A stretch of 64,000 bases of DNA from NCBI GenBank assembly GCA_964016885.1, contig OZ024745.1, forward strand, positions 10,602,001 to 10,666,000. The letters run 5' to 3'. Both the position numbers and the translations under genes were made by a program. The notes beneath the pieces were generated by a model. The model did not search any database. It had not been told where the DNA came from and saw nothing but the letters and a program-made list of their open reading frames with translations. The stretch's first letter is position 1. Each line of letters starts with the position of its first letter. Shown here piece by piece: positions 15,446 to 29,525 of this stretch. This DNA is from Eledone cirrhosa. Its lineage: Eukaryota.

Positions 15446-15872
15446 ACATAAATACATGCTTACATATAACTACATGTATACATAAATACATGCTTACATA
15501 TAACTACATGTAAACATAAATACATGCTTACATATAACTACATGTGTACATAAATACATGCTTACATATAACTACATGTGTACATAAATACATGCTTACA
15601 TATAACTACATGTATACATAAATACATGCTTACATATAACTACATGTATACATAAATACATGCTTACATATAACTACATGTGTACATAAATACATGCTTA
15701 CATATAACTACATGTGTACATAAATACATGCTTACATATAACTACATGTATACATAAATACATGCTTACATATAACTACATGTATACATAAATACATGCT
15801 TACATATAACTACATGTATACATAAATACATGCTTACATATAACTACATGTATACATAAATACATGCTTACA
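15446..15872. repeat. 34-bp minisatellite (~12 copies)
   Basis: Unit ACATAAATACATGCTTACATATAACTACATGTAT. Confidence 0.92.
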
Positions 15873-15929
15873 TATATAAATACACGCATAAATAAACAAG
15901 AACATATATATATAAATAGACAAGTACAT

Positions 15930-16524
15930 GCCTACATAGATATATACATATATAGATATATACATAGATAGATATATACATAGATACATACATAGATATA
16001 TACATACATAGATATATACATAGATACATACATAGATACATACATAGATATATACATACATATATATATATATATATACATATATAGATATATATTGATA
16101 TATACATAGATATATACACACATAGATATATACATAGATATATACATACATAGATATATACATACATAGATATATACATACATACATATATACATACATA
16201 CATACATACATGGTGGCTGCCAACTCGTTTTCGAGTATGGCCACTACCTTATATCCATGTAGGAGAACCCCTACTGATGCGCTGAACAAGTGTGACTTTT
16301 TAGTCCAGCCAGCGACTTGAAAACTCTGGTACAACCACTACACTTGTCACAATTATTGACACATAGTACTGGGCCCATACATAGATATATACATACATAG
16401 ATATATACATAGATATATACATGGATATATACACACATAGATATATACATACGTAGATACATACGTAGATACATACATAGATATATACATACATAGATAT
16501 ATACATAGATATATACATACATAG

Positions 16525-16563
<39 letters not shown>

Positions 16564-16920
16564 CATAGATATATACATACATAGATATATACATACATGG
16601 ATATATACATAGATATATACATACATAGATATATACATACATAGATATATACATACATAGATATATACATACATATATACATATGTAGATACATACATAG
16701 ATATATACATAGATATATACATACATAGATATATACATAAATATATACACATATAGATATATACATACATAGATATATACATAAATATATACACATATAG
16801 ATATATACATACATAGATATATACATACATAGATACATACATAGATAGATACATACATAGATACATACATAGATAGATACATACATAGATACATACATAG
16901 ATACATACATACATAGATAT
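15930..16920. repeat. Degenerate (TACA/TAGA/TA)n microsatellite field
   Basis: ATACATAGATATAT-type low-complexity sequence; source of the spurious YVCMY ORFs. Confidence 0.9.
16211..16377 (-). mobile_element. 5'-truncated solo copy of the bipartite RTE-like element, embedded in (TACA)n
   Basis: Reverse complement of the 3' part of the 40-46 kb units ([17 protein letters not shown]...GAGTTGGCAGCCACC followed by an ATGT tail). Confidence 0.88.
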
Positions 16921-17261
16921 CATCATTTCATTCATTTCATTTTACGTCCACTTTTCCCTGCTTGCAAGGGTGGGACGGGAACTGATTCTGGCTTGATTTC
17001 TACAGCTGGATGCCCTTCTTAACACCAACCTCGTTTACAGTGAGTGCTGGGTGCTTTTTTGCTGTGGCACCTCCACAACCACTTTACAGTGGAATGATAG
17101 GGACCCCAGTCCCTATCATCTCATTTCTACAGCTGAGTAAACTGGAGCAATGTGAAATAAAGTGTCTTGCTCAAGGAAACAAACACATCACCTGGTCTGA
17201 GAATTGAACTCACAACCTTTTGATTGCAAGGCCAATGCTCTAACCACTAAGCCATGTGCCT
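16921..17261 (-). mobile_element. Full-length tRNA-derived SINE with RTE-type 3' tail
   Basis: Minus strand: A box TGGCTTAGTGG, B box GAGTTCAATTC, core CCTTGAGCAAGACACTT, tail AAGCACCCAGCACTCACTGTAAA...AAGGGCATCCAGCTGTAGAAATC...GGACGTAAAATG plus a GAT/GAAT repeat. Confidence 0.85.
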
Positions 17262-17263
17262 CC

Positions 17264-17336
<73 letters not shown>

Positions 17337-18269
17337 TCTTTTATTTGCCACCAGGGCATCAAAAGTGGGACAAGTACAATGGGGACATACATAGATATAT
17401 ACATAGATATATACATACATAGATACATACATAGATATATACACACAGTTATATACATAGATATATACATACATATATACATAGATATATACATACATAG
17501 ATATATACATAGATATATACATAGATATATACATACATAAATAAATACATGTATACATAAATAGATATGTGTATACGTAAATACACCCATGTCTATGTAT
17601 GTATACATCTATGTAAGTACATGTATATATAAATAGATGCACATATACATAAATATGTATATATAAAATAATTATGTGTATATATAGGTTTATATGGAGC
17701 CTGAAGAAATGTGTAATTTGAATTAATGCTGGATAATAGCCTAAAATTCTAAACTCTAAACCAGAACTACCATACAGCTTTGACAAGCCAAGGAAACTTG
17801 ACTTCATTTATGAGCAAACAAAAAACATTTTATTTCAATGAAGAAAATAATTGAGGAAATTTTATCTGGAATTCAATACAAATAATAATTTAAAAAAAAA
17901 CTGTTTAGAAAAAATATCTAGATATACAATAAAAATAAGTCAGTTTAGTGTCTTTGTTGATATTTCTATAATCATTTTAGTTTCTGATTACCTGTATTAA
18001 ATACTGTCCAGGTATTAAGTTGATTATGCTGAATTGAATAACCACAGTCTTTGAAATTTATATCCACTTAACCAGAATATGTAATTAACCAAATTCACAT
18101 TGTTGACAATAAATGGAGAGATTTTAATTGTGATTGTTGACTTTCTATGATTTCTTACTGTTGCTGCTGCTGTTGAATTTCTGTAAATTTTTAAATGGTT
18201 TTAAGAACTGTTAGACTTTAAGGAGTTGTTCTCTTCTCAAAATTTTCCCTCTGTTGACATAGTGAATCT

Positions 18270-19606
18270 CACATCTGTTCTTGAGACCAAGAGCACCACA
18301 TCTTAGCTACCATCTTAACATCTGTTGATGAGACCAATAGCACCATATCATAACATCTGTTGATGAGACCAATAGCATCATATCATAACATCTGTTGTCA
18401 AGACCAATAGCACCATATCATAACATCTGTTGATGAGACCAATAGCATCATATCATAACATCTGTTGATGAGACCAATAGCATCATATAACATCTGTTGT
18501 TGAGACCAATAGCACCATATGATAACATCTGTTGATGAGACCAATAGCATCATATAACATCTGTTGTTGAGACCAATAGCACCATATCATAACATCTGTT
18601 GTCAAGACCAATAGCATCATATCATAACATCTGTTGTTGAGACCAATAGCACCATATCATAACATCTGTTGTTGAGACCAATAGCATCATATCATAACAT
18701 CTGTTGTTGAGACCAATAGCACCATATCATAACATTTGTTGATGAGACCAATAGCATCATATCATAACATCTGTTGATGAGACCAATAGCACCATATCAT
18801 AACATCTGTTGATGAGACCAATAGCATCATATCATAACATCTGTTGATGAGACCAATAGCATCATATCATAACATCTGTTGTTGAGACCAATAGCACAAT
18901 ATCATAACATCTGTTGATGAGACCAATAGCATCATATAACATCTGTTGATGAGACCAATAGCACCATATCATAACATCTGTTGATGAGAACAATAGCATC
19001 ATATAACATCTGTTGATGAGACCAATAGCATCATATAACATCTGTTGATGAGGCCAATAGCATCATATAACATCTGTTGTTGAGACCAATAGCACCATAT
19101 CATAACATCTGTTGATGAAACCAATAGCATCATATAACACCTGTTGATGAGACCAATAGCATCATAACACCTGTTGATGAGACCAATAGCACCATATCAT
19201 AACATCTGTTGTCAAGACCAATAGCACCATATCATAACATCTGTTGTTGAGACCAATAGCATCATATCATAACATCTGTTGTTGAGACCAATAGTACCAT
19301 ATCATAACATCTATTGATGAGACCAATAGCACCATATCATAACATCTGTTGATGAAACCAATAGCATCATATAACACCTGTTGATGAGACCAATAGCATC
19401 ATATCATAACATCTGTTGATGAGACCAATAGCACCATATCATAACATCTGTTGATGAGACCAATAGCATCATATAACATCTGTTGATGAGACCAATAGCA
19501 TCATAACACCTGTTGATGAGACCAATAGCACCATATCATAACATCTGTTGTCAAGACCAATAGCACCATATCATAACATCTGTTGTCAAGACCAATAGCA
19601 TCACAT
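18270..19606. repeat. 35-bp minisatellite (32-bp variants)
   Basis: Unit AACATCTGTTGATGAGACCAATAGCACCATATCAT, about 38 copies. Confidence 0.93.
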
Positions 19607-19808
19607 CTTCATTATTATCATCAATTTAACTGGCATCACCATTAATGAACAAGGCAGTCAGTACATCTGCTGCAACACTCCACATGATTATCTTGAATCA
19701 TACACTCATCAAAGTGTTATCACATGTCCATCCCAGCATAGTTTGTTATTCATGAATATTAATGTTTCACAACCACACAGACACCTTTTTAATACCAACT
19801 CGTGTGTA

Positions 19809-19841
<33 letters not shown>

Positions 19842-21183
19842 CATCATCATCATCATCACCGTTTTACGTCCATTCTTCCAGGCTAGCATGGGTTAGACGG
19901 GTTGGCCTGTTGTGGGCAGTGTCTGGTCGGCTGACCATGCCTTGCTCATACAGGAACTAATTTTGGCTTGATTTCTACAGCTGGATGCCCTTCCTAACAC
20001 CAACCTCATTTACAGTGAGTGCTGGGTGCTTTTTTCCGTGGTGCTTACACGTCCACTTTACAGTGGGAGGGTGTGGGGCATATTGTCTATATGCTTCAGC
20101 TTGTACCCATGGGAGGTCGGGTACTCTGTATTACTGCGTGACGCCAGAGGTCACGGTCGTGTGTCATTGCTCTTGAGAGATGCAACTGAGTAAGGTCGGC
20201 TTTTATCACCTCATCCCAGGTCTTCTTGGGTCTCCCCACTCCGCGGTTTCCATTGACTTCTAGTGCTCTGCACCTTTTTATGCAGCTGTCATCCTTCATA
20301 CGCATCACATGTCCATACCAACGCAACCGCCTCTCCTGCACACAGCATTTGATTCCTCTTATGCTCAGTCTCTCTCTCAATTCATTTATTCTTTGCCATT
20401 CGCGTATATTACTATTACACATCCATCGGAGCATGCAGGCTTCATTTCTTTCTAATCTACGTAAGTCTTCTACCTTCAGCGCCCAGGTCTCACTACCATG
20501 TAACATTGCTGTTCGTATACACCCATCATACAGTCTGCCTTTCATTTTGAGGGAGAAGCCTTTTGCAGCTAGCAGTGGCAGTAGTTCCCTGAACTTTTTC
20601 CATCCCGTTCTTACCCTAGTTATTGTACTTTCTGAACACCCACCTCCGCTGCTAATTCGGTCACCTAGGTAGCAGAAGCTGTCTACTGTTTCTACAGAGC
20701 CCTCCCAGAGATTGGTGGTACTTGTTTCCTGTGGCTGTTTGCTGCTTGCTGTCCCAGCATAGCTGCTACATGTGAAGCCTACATTCTTAATTAAGCTTCC
20801 TGAGATCCTGCTACATCTCTTGTGTACCCATTGTTTGCATTTGGGGCAGAGAATGGAGTCCCTACCTACACCTTTCCTACATAATGAGCAAGGCCATTTC
20901 CCTGAGGGGATCTGGGTTCTGTTTTCTCGTCTACTTACAAGGACCTTAGTCTTTGTCATGTTGACTTTGAGACCCTTTCTTTCTAGTCCCTGCTTCCAAG
21001 TTTGGAATTTCTTCTCTAGTTCTATCATAGATTCAGCTATAAGTGCGTGGTCATCTGCATACAGGAGTTCCCATGGGCATCCGGTCTTAAACTCCTCCGT
21101 TATTGCTTGCAGGACTATGATGAACAGGAGAGGGCAAAGAACAGAGCCCTGGTGAACACCAACCTGTACGCTAAATTCTTCGC
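19842..21183 (-). mobile_element. 5'-truncated RTE-clade LINE (RT C-terminal half, 3' UTR, (GAT)n tail)
   Basis: Open frame 21183-20096: GVHQGSVL...PWELLYADD...GLKVNMTKTK...C-x2-C motifs...FCYLGD...RLRWYGHVMR...GRPKKTW; the 3' UTR ends GGACGTAAAACG(GTG)(ATG)n. Confidence 0.93.
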
Positions 21184-21205
21184 TATATATATATATATAT
21201 ATACA

Positions 21206-21560
21206 GTTTCCTTGCTGTAGAAATGAGATGATAGGGACTGGGGTCCATATCATTCCACTGCAAAGTGGTCGTGGAGGTGCCACGGCAAAAAAGCACCCAG
21301 CACTCACTGTAAATGAGGTTGGTGTTAGGAAGGGCATCCAGCTGTAGAAATCATGCCAGAATCATTTCCCGTCCCACCCTTGCAAGCAGGGAAAAGCGGA
21401 CGTAAAATGATGATGAAGGCGCATGGCTTAGTGGTTAGAGCGCCAGGCTTACAATCCTGAGGTTGTGAGTTTATTTCTCAGACTGGGCTTTGTGTTCTGT
21501 TCTTGAGCAAAACCCTTTATTTGACATTGCTCCAGTTCACTGAGCTGTAGAAATAAGTTT
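21206..21560 (+). mobile_element. SINE 3' half followed by a second SINE head
   Basis: 21206-21416 matches the tail of the 16921-17261 SINE; from 21417 GGCGCATGGCTTAGTGGTTAGAGCG...GAGTTTATTTC is a tRNA-like head. Confidence 0.8.
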
Positions 21561-22350
21561 ACCCAGATATGGGTTAAATAGCCTCACCAGCCCACAATTG
21601 GCGAAGTGTGGTGAGCCTGGCATGACCAAAAAAAAATGGTGGAGGTCAGTCAAGGAGGGGTTCCTCTGGTAGGAGTGAAAAGGCCTTGGAATGAATGAAT
21701 TTATATATACACATACGCACACACACACAGAGGGTGTCCCAAAAGCCACTAGACCATTTTATATACCGGCAGTCGATTAAAGTTGTAAAGTTTCCTGTCC
21801 TAGCCAAGCAATTTTCACCATAGAATGTCTTTCTTTTAAATTTAATTTATTATTATTTATTTATTCCATGTTAGACATGTCTACTCCACGCCTTATGTCC
21901 TGTTATTCATCGTGGATCGTCTCCATCAATCGTCAATTGTTCCCAAGGTGGTATTCTATGGAAATCTGCTCAGTGGAGCGGTATGTTGATGTGTTAACAG
22001 TAGTTTAGTGAGGTCTTCACATAAACATTGACTGACCTCTGTCAGGATAACTCTCTGCCTTATAGTGAAACCAATACCCCCTACTGGCGCCATAGATGGA
22101 CAAAATAATATCACATTGAAGGAATACTTAAGCTGATCAATAAAAGACAGACTATTTAAATTGATAATATTACTATTTTCTTTTCTTTTTGTTTTTCTTT
22201 TTGTTTTTCTTTTATTTTTTGCAGAATTAAGAAACTCCAACCTCTTTGGGACACAGATTTCAAAAACCAAATCCGTTTTTATCCAGGATTCACGACATAA
22301 CATATACATACTCTCATATGTATATATATATATATATACATATATAGTGA

Positions 22351-22515
22351 AGGCACATGGCTTAGTGGTTAGAGCATTGGGCTTGCAATTAAAAGGTTGT
22401 GAGTTCAATTCTTGGACTGGGTGATGTGTTGTTTCCTTGAGCAAGACACTTTATTTCCCGTTGCTCCAGTTTACTCAGCTGTAGAAATGAGATGATAGGA
22501 CTAAGGTCCCTTTCA
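22351..22515 (+). mobile_element. tRNA-derived SINE, 5' half
   Basis: GGCACATGGCTTAGTGGTTAGAGC...GAGTTCAATTC...CCTTGAGCAAGACACTT; near-identical to the SINE at 17.1-17.26k. Confidence 0.82.
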
Positions 22516-23618
22516 TTAAATTACCCAAGACACCCAACGAGATATACCTCGGAAGAGGCCAGCTAAACCTGCATAAGGTGTGAGCTGTCACACACACATT
22601 GATGTAAGGTTTACTGTATCAATATTATACAACCAAAGAACTTCTTATGGTGACAGTGGTGGGATTTGAACTCTTGTTCCTGTATCTTCAGATTTCCTTT
22701 CATGGCAACTAAATTCCTCAACTCATCAAGTACACCTTACCAGATATCTCAACTTCACTGAGTTTCTTTATTTCCTCATCTATTTTATCACAGATTATGC
22801 TAGAGTCTGAGATGTACGATGTGGAAATACACTGGCTACTCCATTGTGAGAATATTATGAGACTACAACGGCTTATCACGCTTACAATGAGAATATTGTA
22901 AGGATGTGTCATTAAACAGATTTATGAGGGAAGGCTCTTACTCATGTAGGTGTATGTGTGTACACACATACACACATATACATATATATATACATATATG
23001 GATGTATGCACAACATGGTTGCACACACAAATACATACAGACACATAGGTGGGCATATACATAGATACACACACACATTCAATATACACATGTACACGCA
23101 TACATATAAATGAGTGGGTGTACGTGGGCACACATACGCATATATACACATATACACATATATCCGTACATACACATGCATGTACATACGTACACACTTT
23201 GGCGTGTGCCCACTCAGGCATGTACAAACACCTATACACACACAGACACATATATATATATATATACATATACATAGACATATATATTTACACACATGTA
23301 TACATATATTTATGTATACATGCACACACACATACATACATACATATACTAATACAAACACATGTATATAGATATATCCACATACAACACACATATATAT
23401 ACATATATGTGTATATACATACATATATATATACATACATACATGTATATACATACACACACACATATAAGGGATAACAAAATATTGTTATAGGTAATCC
23501 AGTTAGAGGTTGTCCGTATTGTGGGTAGTTTTAGTGTACGGCGTTGTTTGACTCCACAAGAAGTTTCCGTAGATGGTTCACTTGTATTCCTGTGTAAGTT
23601 TATCTTGGAGTAATAATA

Positions 23619-23760
23619 TTGAAGGAGTGAAGAATAACATGGTTAACAGTACAAAAAGGGTTTTATTTACAGTCTAACAATTGTTTCTCTGATTAAGTTG
23701 TTAGACTAAATAAATTCCCCCTTTTTGTACTGTTGACCATGTTATTCTTCACTTTTTCAA
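23619..23760. repeat. Imperfect long inverted repeat (fold-back), next to (TA)n
   Basis: AGTGAAGAATAACATGGTTAACAGTACAAAAAGGG...AGTCTAACAA pairs with TTGTTAGACT...CCCTTTTTGTACTGTTGACCATGTTATTCTTCACT. Confidence 0.85.
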
Positions 23761-24199
23761 TTTTATATATATATATATATAGGAGAGGGGAAACCTGCGG
23801 CTTTGGAAGCATCCAATGATGTTGACCAGTTCTCCTTTTTAGGTAGTGTTTTGATGCTCAGAGAGTGGGATTGGTTGAGTGCAAGGCCTTTCCCTGCTTA
23901 AAAAAACCCTTTAAAGTACAGGCATTGCTTGTTCGGGATATGTTACAGGTTTGTGTGGCTGACGGTAGCCTAAAAGTGCACCAAACTATAATCTGACAAG
24001 CAATTGCAGAGTTTGCAGCCATCATATATATATATATAGAAAGAGTGATATATTATTTGAGAAACAGTATTTTGTACATATATAAAGCACATATTCAGGA
24101 AAAAATACATAGATACTTTAAGATGAAGAACTTTTCCTGATGATTTCTCTTGAATGAAACAGTTCTAGTCCTGTAGAAGCCATTTCTGTATTACATTTG

Positions 24200-24228
<29 letters not shown>

Positions 24229-24231
<3 letters not shown>

Positions 24232-24423
24232 CGAAGGAAATGTGGTAAGGAACCAGGTGGACCATAATGCACCAGAGTACTTGATACTTTGGGTAGTAGA
24301 GTGGGTAATAGGAAAAGGTTCAGGACATCGATGGCAGAGCTCAAGCCGTTTCGACAGCTATTTCAGTCCAGAAATAGCCGTCGAAATGGCTTGAGCTCTG
24401 CCGTCGGGGTCATAACTCTTTTC
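24229..24423. mobile_element. Fold-back palindromic element in (TA)n, copy 1
   Basis: GGCAGAGCTCAAGCCGTTTCGAC...GTCGAAATGGCTTGAGCTCTGCC; the unique flank 24229-24310 is the reverse complement of 29450-29529. Confidence 0.75.
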
Positions 24424-24822
24424 ACACACACAGACATATATATATATATGTGTGTGTATGAGTGAGTGTCTATATGCGGAAAATATATGGAAGATAAGAA
24501 ATATATTAGTTTAATGTTTGATATAGTAGGAGTGTTTATATTGACTTATATTGGAGAGAGGAAGTAAAGAAGTATATTGTGTATTGCTCTTGAAGCAGAT
24601 TATCTTCTTCTTCTTCTCTTTCTTCTTCTCTTTCTATCTCTTCTTCTCTTTCTTCTCTTTCTTCTTTCTTCTTCTACCGCCAAGGGAGATAATTAGATCT
24701 TCATTCGATGTTATTAGTTCACAGTTCATTGTTAAGTGTTGTCTGTAGAGAAGTTCTTAATCTTCCCAGACCTTCGCAGATACAACAGTACTTTTAGTAA
24801 AACTGAAAATGGTGCTACTATT

Positions 24823-24917
24823 AGCAGTAGTGGTAGTAGTGGTAGTAGTGGTAGTAGTGGTGGTAGTAGTAGTAGTAGTAATAGTAGTAGTAGTAGCAGT
24901 AGTAGTAGTAGTAGTAA

Positions 24918-24952
<35 letters not shown>

Positions 24953-25041
24953 ATAGTAGTAATAGTAGCAGTAGTAGTAGTAGTAGTAGTAGTAGTACCA
25001 GTAGTAGTAGTACCAGTAGTAGTAGTGGTAGTAGTAGCAGT

Positions 25042-25073
<32 letters not shown>

Positions 25074-25363
25074 TAGCAGTAGTAGTAGTAGTAGTACCAG
25101 TGGTAGTAGTAGTAGTAGTAGTAGTAGCAGTAGTAGTAGTAGTAGTAGTAGTAACTGTAGTAGTAGTAGTAGTAGCAGCAGCAGTAGTAGTAGTAGTAGT
25201 ACCAGTAGTAGTAGTGGTAGTAGTAGTACCAGTAGTAGTAGTGGTAGTAGTATTACCAGCAGCAGTAGTAGTAGTTAGTAGTACCAGTAGTAGCAGTAGT
25301 AGTAGTAGTACCAGCAGTAGTAGTAGTAGTAGTAGTAGTACCAGTAGTAGTAGTAGTAGTAGT
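24823..25363. repeat. (AGT)n microsatellite with AGC/GGT/ACC variants
   Basis: Direct inspection; gives the poly-Ser/poly-Val ORFs. Confidence 0.95.
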
Positions 25364-25489
25364 ATACATGTTTGTCAGTTCATTACCTGGTTATATTACT
25401 GGTATCACTAAGGGTATATTGATCTCATTACTTGACTGAGGTGGGTATGTTTGGTGTGTTGCCATTGCTTTCATGGTTTGAGGCTCCAC

Positions 25490-25938
25490 TTCTTGGGGTG
25501 GTTGTGCTGGTGCCACAAGAAGAACACCCAGTGCACTCTGTAAAAGTGGCAGTACTGGTACTATGATAAAAATATAAGCCTCCAGTCTGCACTGTAAGGT
25601 GGTAGTGCTGGTGCCACAACAAAGATCACCTGTTCTATATTGTAAGGAGGTAATGCCACGGTAAAAAGCACCCAATCCATTCTGTAAGGTGTTAGAGTGA
25701 GTGCTATAGTAAAAAAGAACCCAGTCCACCCTGTAAGCAGTGTAGGGGCCACAATAAAAAGCACCCAGTCCATCCTGTAAGCTGTGTAGGGGCCACAATA
25801 AAAAGCACCCAGTCCACCCTGTAAGCTGTGTGGGGGCCACAATATAAAGCATCCAGTCCACCCTGTAAGCTGCTTGTGTGGGGCCACAATAAAAAGCACC
25901 CAGTCCACCCTGTAAGCTGCTTGTGTGGGGGCCACAAT
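25490..25938 (+). repeat. Degenerate ~43-48-bp tandem repeat of the RTE/SINE tail segment
   Basis: Units GGGGCCACAATAAAAAGCACCCAGTCCACCCTGTAAGCTG..., same parent motif as the 45-bp array. Confidence 0.8.
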
Positions 25939-26011
25939 CCTATCATGTTATTACAGCTCACACCTATACATGTATAGGTGTAATTATGTATAACTGTGGC
26001 ATTAGTCTGAT

Positions 26012-26795
26012 CTGACCATTACATTCTGGACGTATGTGGCATTCGTCCATATATATAACTGACCATTACATTCTGGACGTATGTGGCATTAGTCCATATA
26101 TATAACTGACCATTACATTCTGGACGTATGTGGCATTCGTCCATATATATAACTGACCATTACATTCTGGACGTATGTGGCATTCGTCCATATATATAAC
26201 TGACCATTACATTCTGGACGTATGTGGCATTCGTCCATATATATAACTGACCATTACATTCTGGACGTATGTGGCATTCGTCCATATATATAACTGACCA
26301 TTACATTCTGGACGTATGTGGCATTCGTCCATATATATAACTGACCATTACATTCTGGACGTATGTGGCATTCGTCCATATATATAACTGACCATTACAT
26401 TCTGGACGTATGTGGCATTCATCCATATATATAACTGACCATTACATTCTGGACGTATGTGGCATTCGTCCATATATATAACTGACCATTACATTCTGGA
26501 CGTATGTGGCATTCGTCCATATATATAACTGACCATTACATTCTGGACGTATGTGGCATTCGTCCATATATATAACTGACCATTACATTCTGGACGTATG
26601 TGGCATTCGTCCATATATATAACTGACCATTACATTCTGGACGTATGTGGCATTCGTCCATATATATAACTGACCATTACATTCTGGACGTATGTGGCAT
26701 TCGTCCATATATATAACTGACCATTACATTCTGGACGTATGTGGCATTCGTCCATATATATAACTGACCATTACATTCTGGACGTATGTGGCATT
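26012..26795. repeat. 47-bp minisatellite (~17 near-identical copies)
   Basis: Unit ACTGACCATTACATTCTGGACGTATGTGGCATTCGTCCATATATATA. Confidence 0.95.
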
Positions 26796-26849
26796 ACTTT
26801 GATAATCTCTTGTATGTTAAACTTTGGTCCCAGAAAGACAATCTGTGTT

Positions 26850-28200
26850 TCTCCTTCAATCTGTGTAAGATCTTCACCTTACCAATATCTCTTATCAAAC
26901 CATATATATTGCATCCTATGTTGAGTTCCTTAAACTACTCACACCTTTCTTACTGATTGAACTATCCATTCCATCTACAATACAACCATAACATGTTCTA
27001 AGGCTCTCTTCGTCCTTCCTCAACCATTCACCCATCCCTCACTGCTACTATTCCTATCATCCTCTCTAATTCACTGCCTGCCTTCCTCTCTGTGATATTC
27101 CACTTAACCACTGGACCCTTCTCATTTCCAACCTTCTCAACTACTCCAGGTTTCTCACTCGTCTTCCTAAATCCCTTCTTTTATACCTTTCTCTTCTGTT
27201 TCATCAGAAGTTCTCAGAAGTTCTTCCATCTACATCTCACTCTAGGTATTATTGAACAGTCTCATCCATCGTCTCTATTCAGCATGTCTTCAAGAAAACC
27301 AAATGTTTTTCACATCTTCCAACTTCACACCATTCTCAAGATCTGGTTAAACACCCTCTCCATCTGTAGCTCTTTCCATATATATATCATCATAACTATA
27401 ATCATCACCATCATCATCATCGTTTTTACGTCCGTTTTTTCATGCTTGCATGGGTTGGAAAGGTCCTTTTCAGTACAACACTCCTTCATACGTTACCATC
27501 CTTCATCTCCTCTGAGTTTGTCATTTGAGATCAGTTCTCACCACCTCCAGCCAGGTCTTCCTTGGCCTTTCTCTGCCGAGGCTTCTGGGATTTCTTGCTA
27601 CTTCTTCACCCAGCGACCACCATCCATATTCATCACATGTCCGTACCAACGTAGTCTTCTTTCCTGCACACTACTTCCTCATTTCTCTTATACCCAGTTT
27701 TTCTCTGTTCATTACTTAAACGTATCTACGTCATTTTCGATGCACCCAGACACTACATATCGTACATTTAACAGAGTTCACTCTAACCCTAACCCTTCTC
27801 ACACACTGCACACGGTCACCTTGTTTTCATCTAAAAAATGATGCTTTACGATTTGCTGTTACCTTCGTCTTATTCACCTTCATAACTTTTACCTCCATAA
27901 TTCCTTCCATCTATTCCCATCTCCTTTAGTCTATCACTTTGCTATTAACACCAAGTCATTAGTGTAATAGCAACTCCCACAGTAAACCCTTCATTATAAG
28001 CCAGTACCTCAATCACAACTATAAATAGTGGATTTAATACTGATCCCTGATGCATTCCAGCTTTTACTTCAACCTTGTCACTGTTCTCGTCCTTCATCCT
28101 TACCATTTTACTCCATTGTCATCACTACCCCAACCATTCCTCCACTAGTATCTCTCTCTCAATGTCCATCTTATTTCTTCACGTGGAACCCCAATAAAAA
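26850..28200 (-). mobile_element. Old degenerate RTE LINE with a younger RTE 3' end nested at ~27410-27720
   Basis: Minus-strand remnants with stops and frameshifts: VPREEIRWTLREILVEEWL, VKAGMHQGSVLNPLF, LWELL, and RLRWYGHVMNMD plus a GGACGTAAAAACGATGATG tail. Confidence 0.72.
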
Positions 28201-28697
28201 ACTTTCTTCAGATCAACAAACCTGTAACTCTCGAACCTGTTATATTATGATCGCGAGTCCAACCTTCTAACCATTAGGCTACATGGTGTGGGGCTTTGAG
28301 GGACAAATATTGATCAGTCCTGTCAAAATGGTTGACCGAACTTTCACCAATCTTCCCTATTTTCCTTACCTTCTTTTCTGAAACTCTTTCCCAAACCTTC
28401 AGTCAATGTTCCAATGGTTTCTTCTATAGTCAAGATGATCACCTTTGCCCCTTCTACAGAGGGGGGGGGGGGGGAGTTCTCAATTACTACAGAAATACCA
28501 CCAACCTACAAGTGTGTCATTCTTTTCACACTCAACTTTCTGCTACGTTTGGTGTATCTTCCATATCTTCCTGTTGGACCTCCTGCTATTCCATTCTTCA
28601 TTCTCTTCGACTTGATATCAGGCTATAATCCTGCATTCTTTGTTGATTTCTCTGACAAAACACCTTTCTTACTTTGTATCAGCCACCAGTTTAATGG

Positions 28698-28832
<135 letters not shown>

Positions 28833-29248
28833 ACAGGAAGAAAGAGACGATTATTAGGAAGAAAAATATTTTTTTTTCCTTTTTTGTTTTCTGGGTTAGA
28901 AAATGATTAAAACGAAATGTTTTACTTTGTGTGAAGTGTTAAGGTATTAGTTGATTTATTTATTATTTAACAATGGCATTTATTTATCTATTTATCTATT
29001 TAATTATTGTCTATATATATGTCAAACTTTCATTTTATCGGGGCTAAAAATTTTACTTGTACCCCCCCCCCCCCTCCCCAATATATTTTAATATTTCTCT
29101 GAGTGGGTAATTAATTCATTAATTCATTAATATATCTTGTTCTTTCATTGAGATGACTACGTATTAGAGACAGTTAACTTTAGAGGGTTATAAATTAATT
29201 ATATATATATAGAGCGAAAATTTTATATATATATATATATATATATAA

Positions 29249-29315
<67 letters not shown>

Positions 29316-29338
29316 TATTATATATATATATATATATT

Positions 29339-29525
29339 ATAGGAAAAAGTATGACCCCGACGGCAGAGCTCAAGCCGTTTCGACGGCTAGTCCAGAAATA
29401 GCCGTCGAAACGGCTTGAGCTCTGCCGTCGGGGTCATACTTTTTCCTATTTCCCACTCTACTACCCTAAGTATTGAGTACTCTGGTGCGTTATGGTCCAT
29501 CTGGTTCCTTACCACAATTCCTTTG

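Noticed and set aside
18270-19606. TGATGAG in the 35-bp unit as a hammerhead core
   Set aside because: No preceding C, no GAAA box and no stem II.
21417-21490. tRNA gene
   Set aside because: A/B boxes run into a SINE core and there is no complete cloverleaf; it is a SINE head.
21728-22256. GTGTCCCAAA / TTTGGGACAC as Tc1-mariner TIRs
   Set aside because: Only ~10 bp of match and no clear TA duplication.
24736-25411. Poly-Ser/poly-Val ORFs
   Set aside because: (AGT)n microsatellite.
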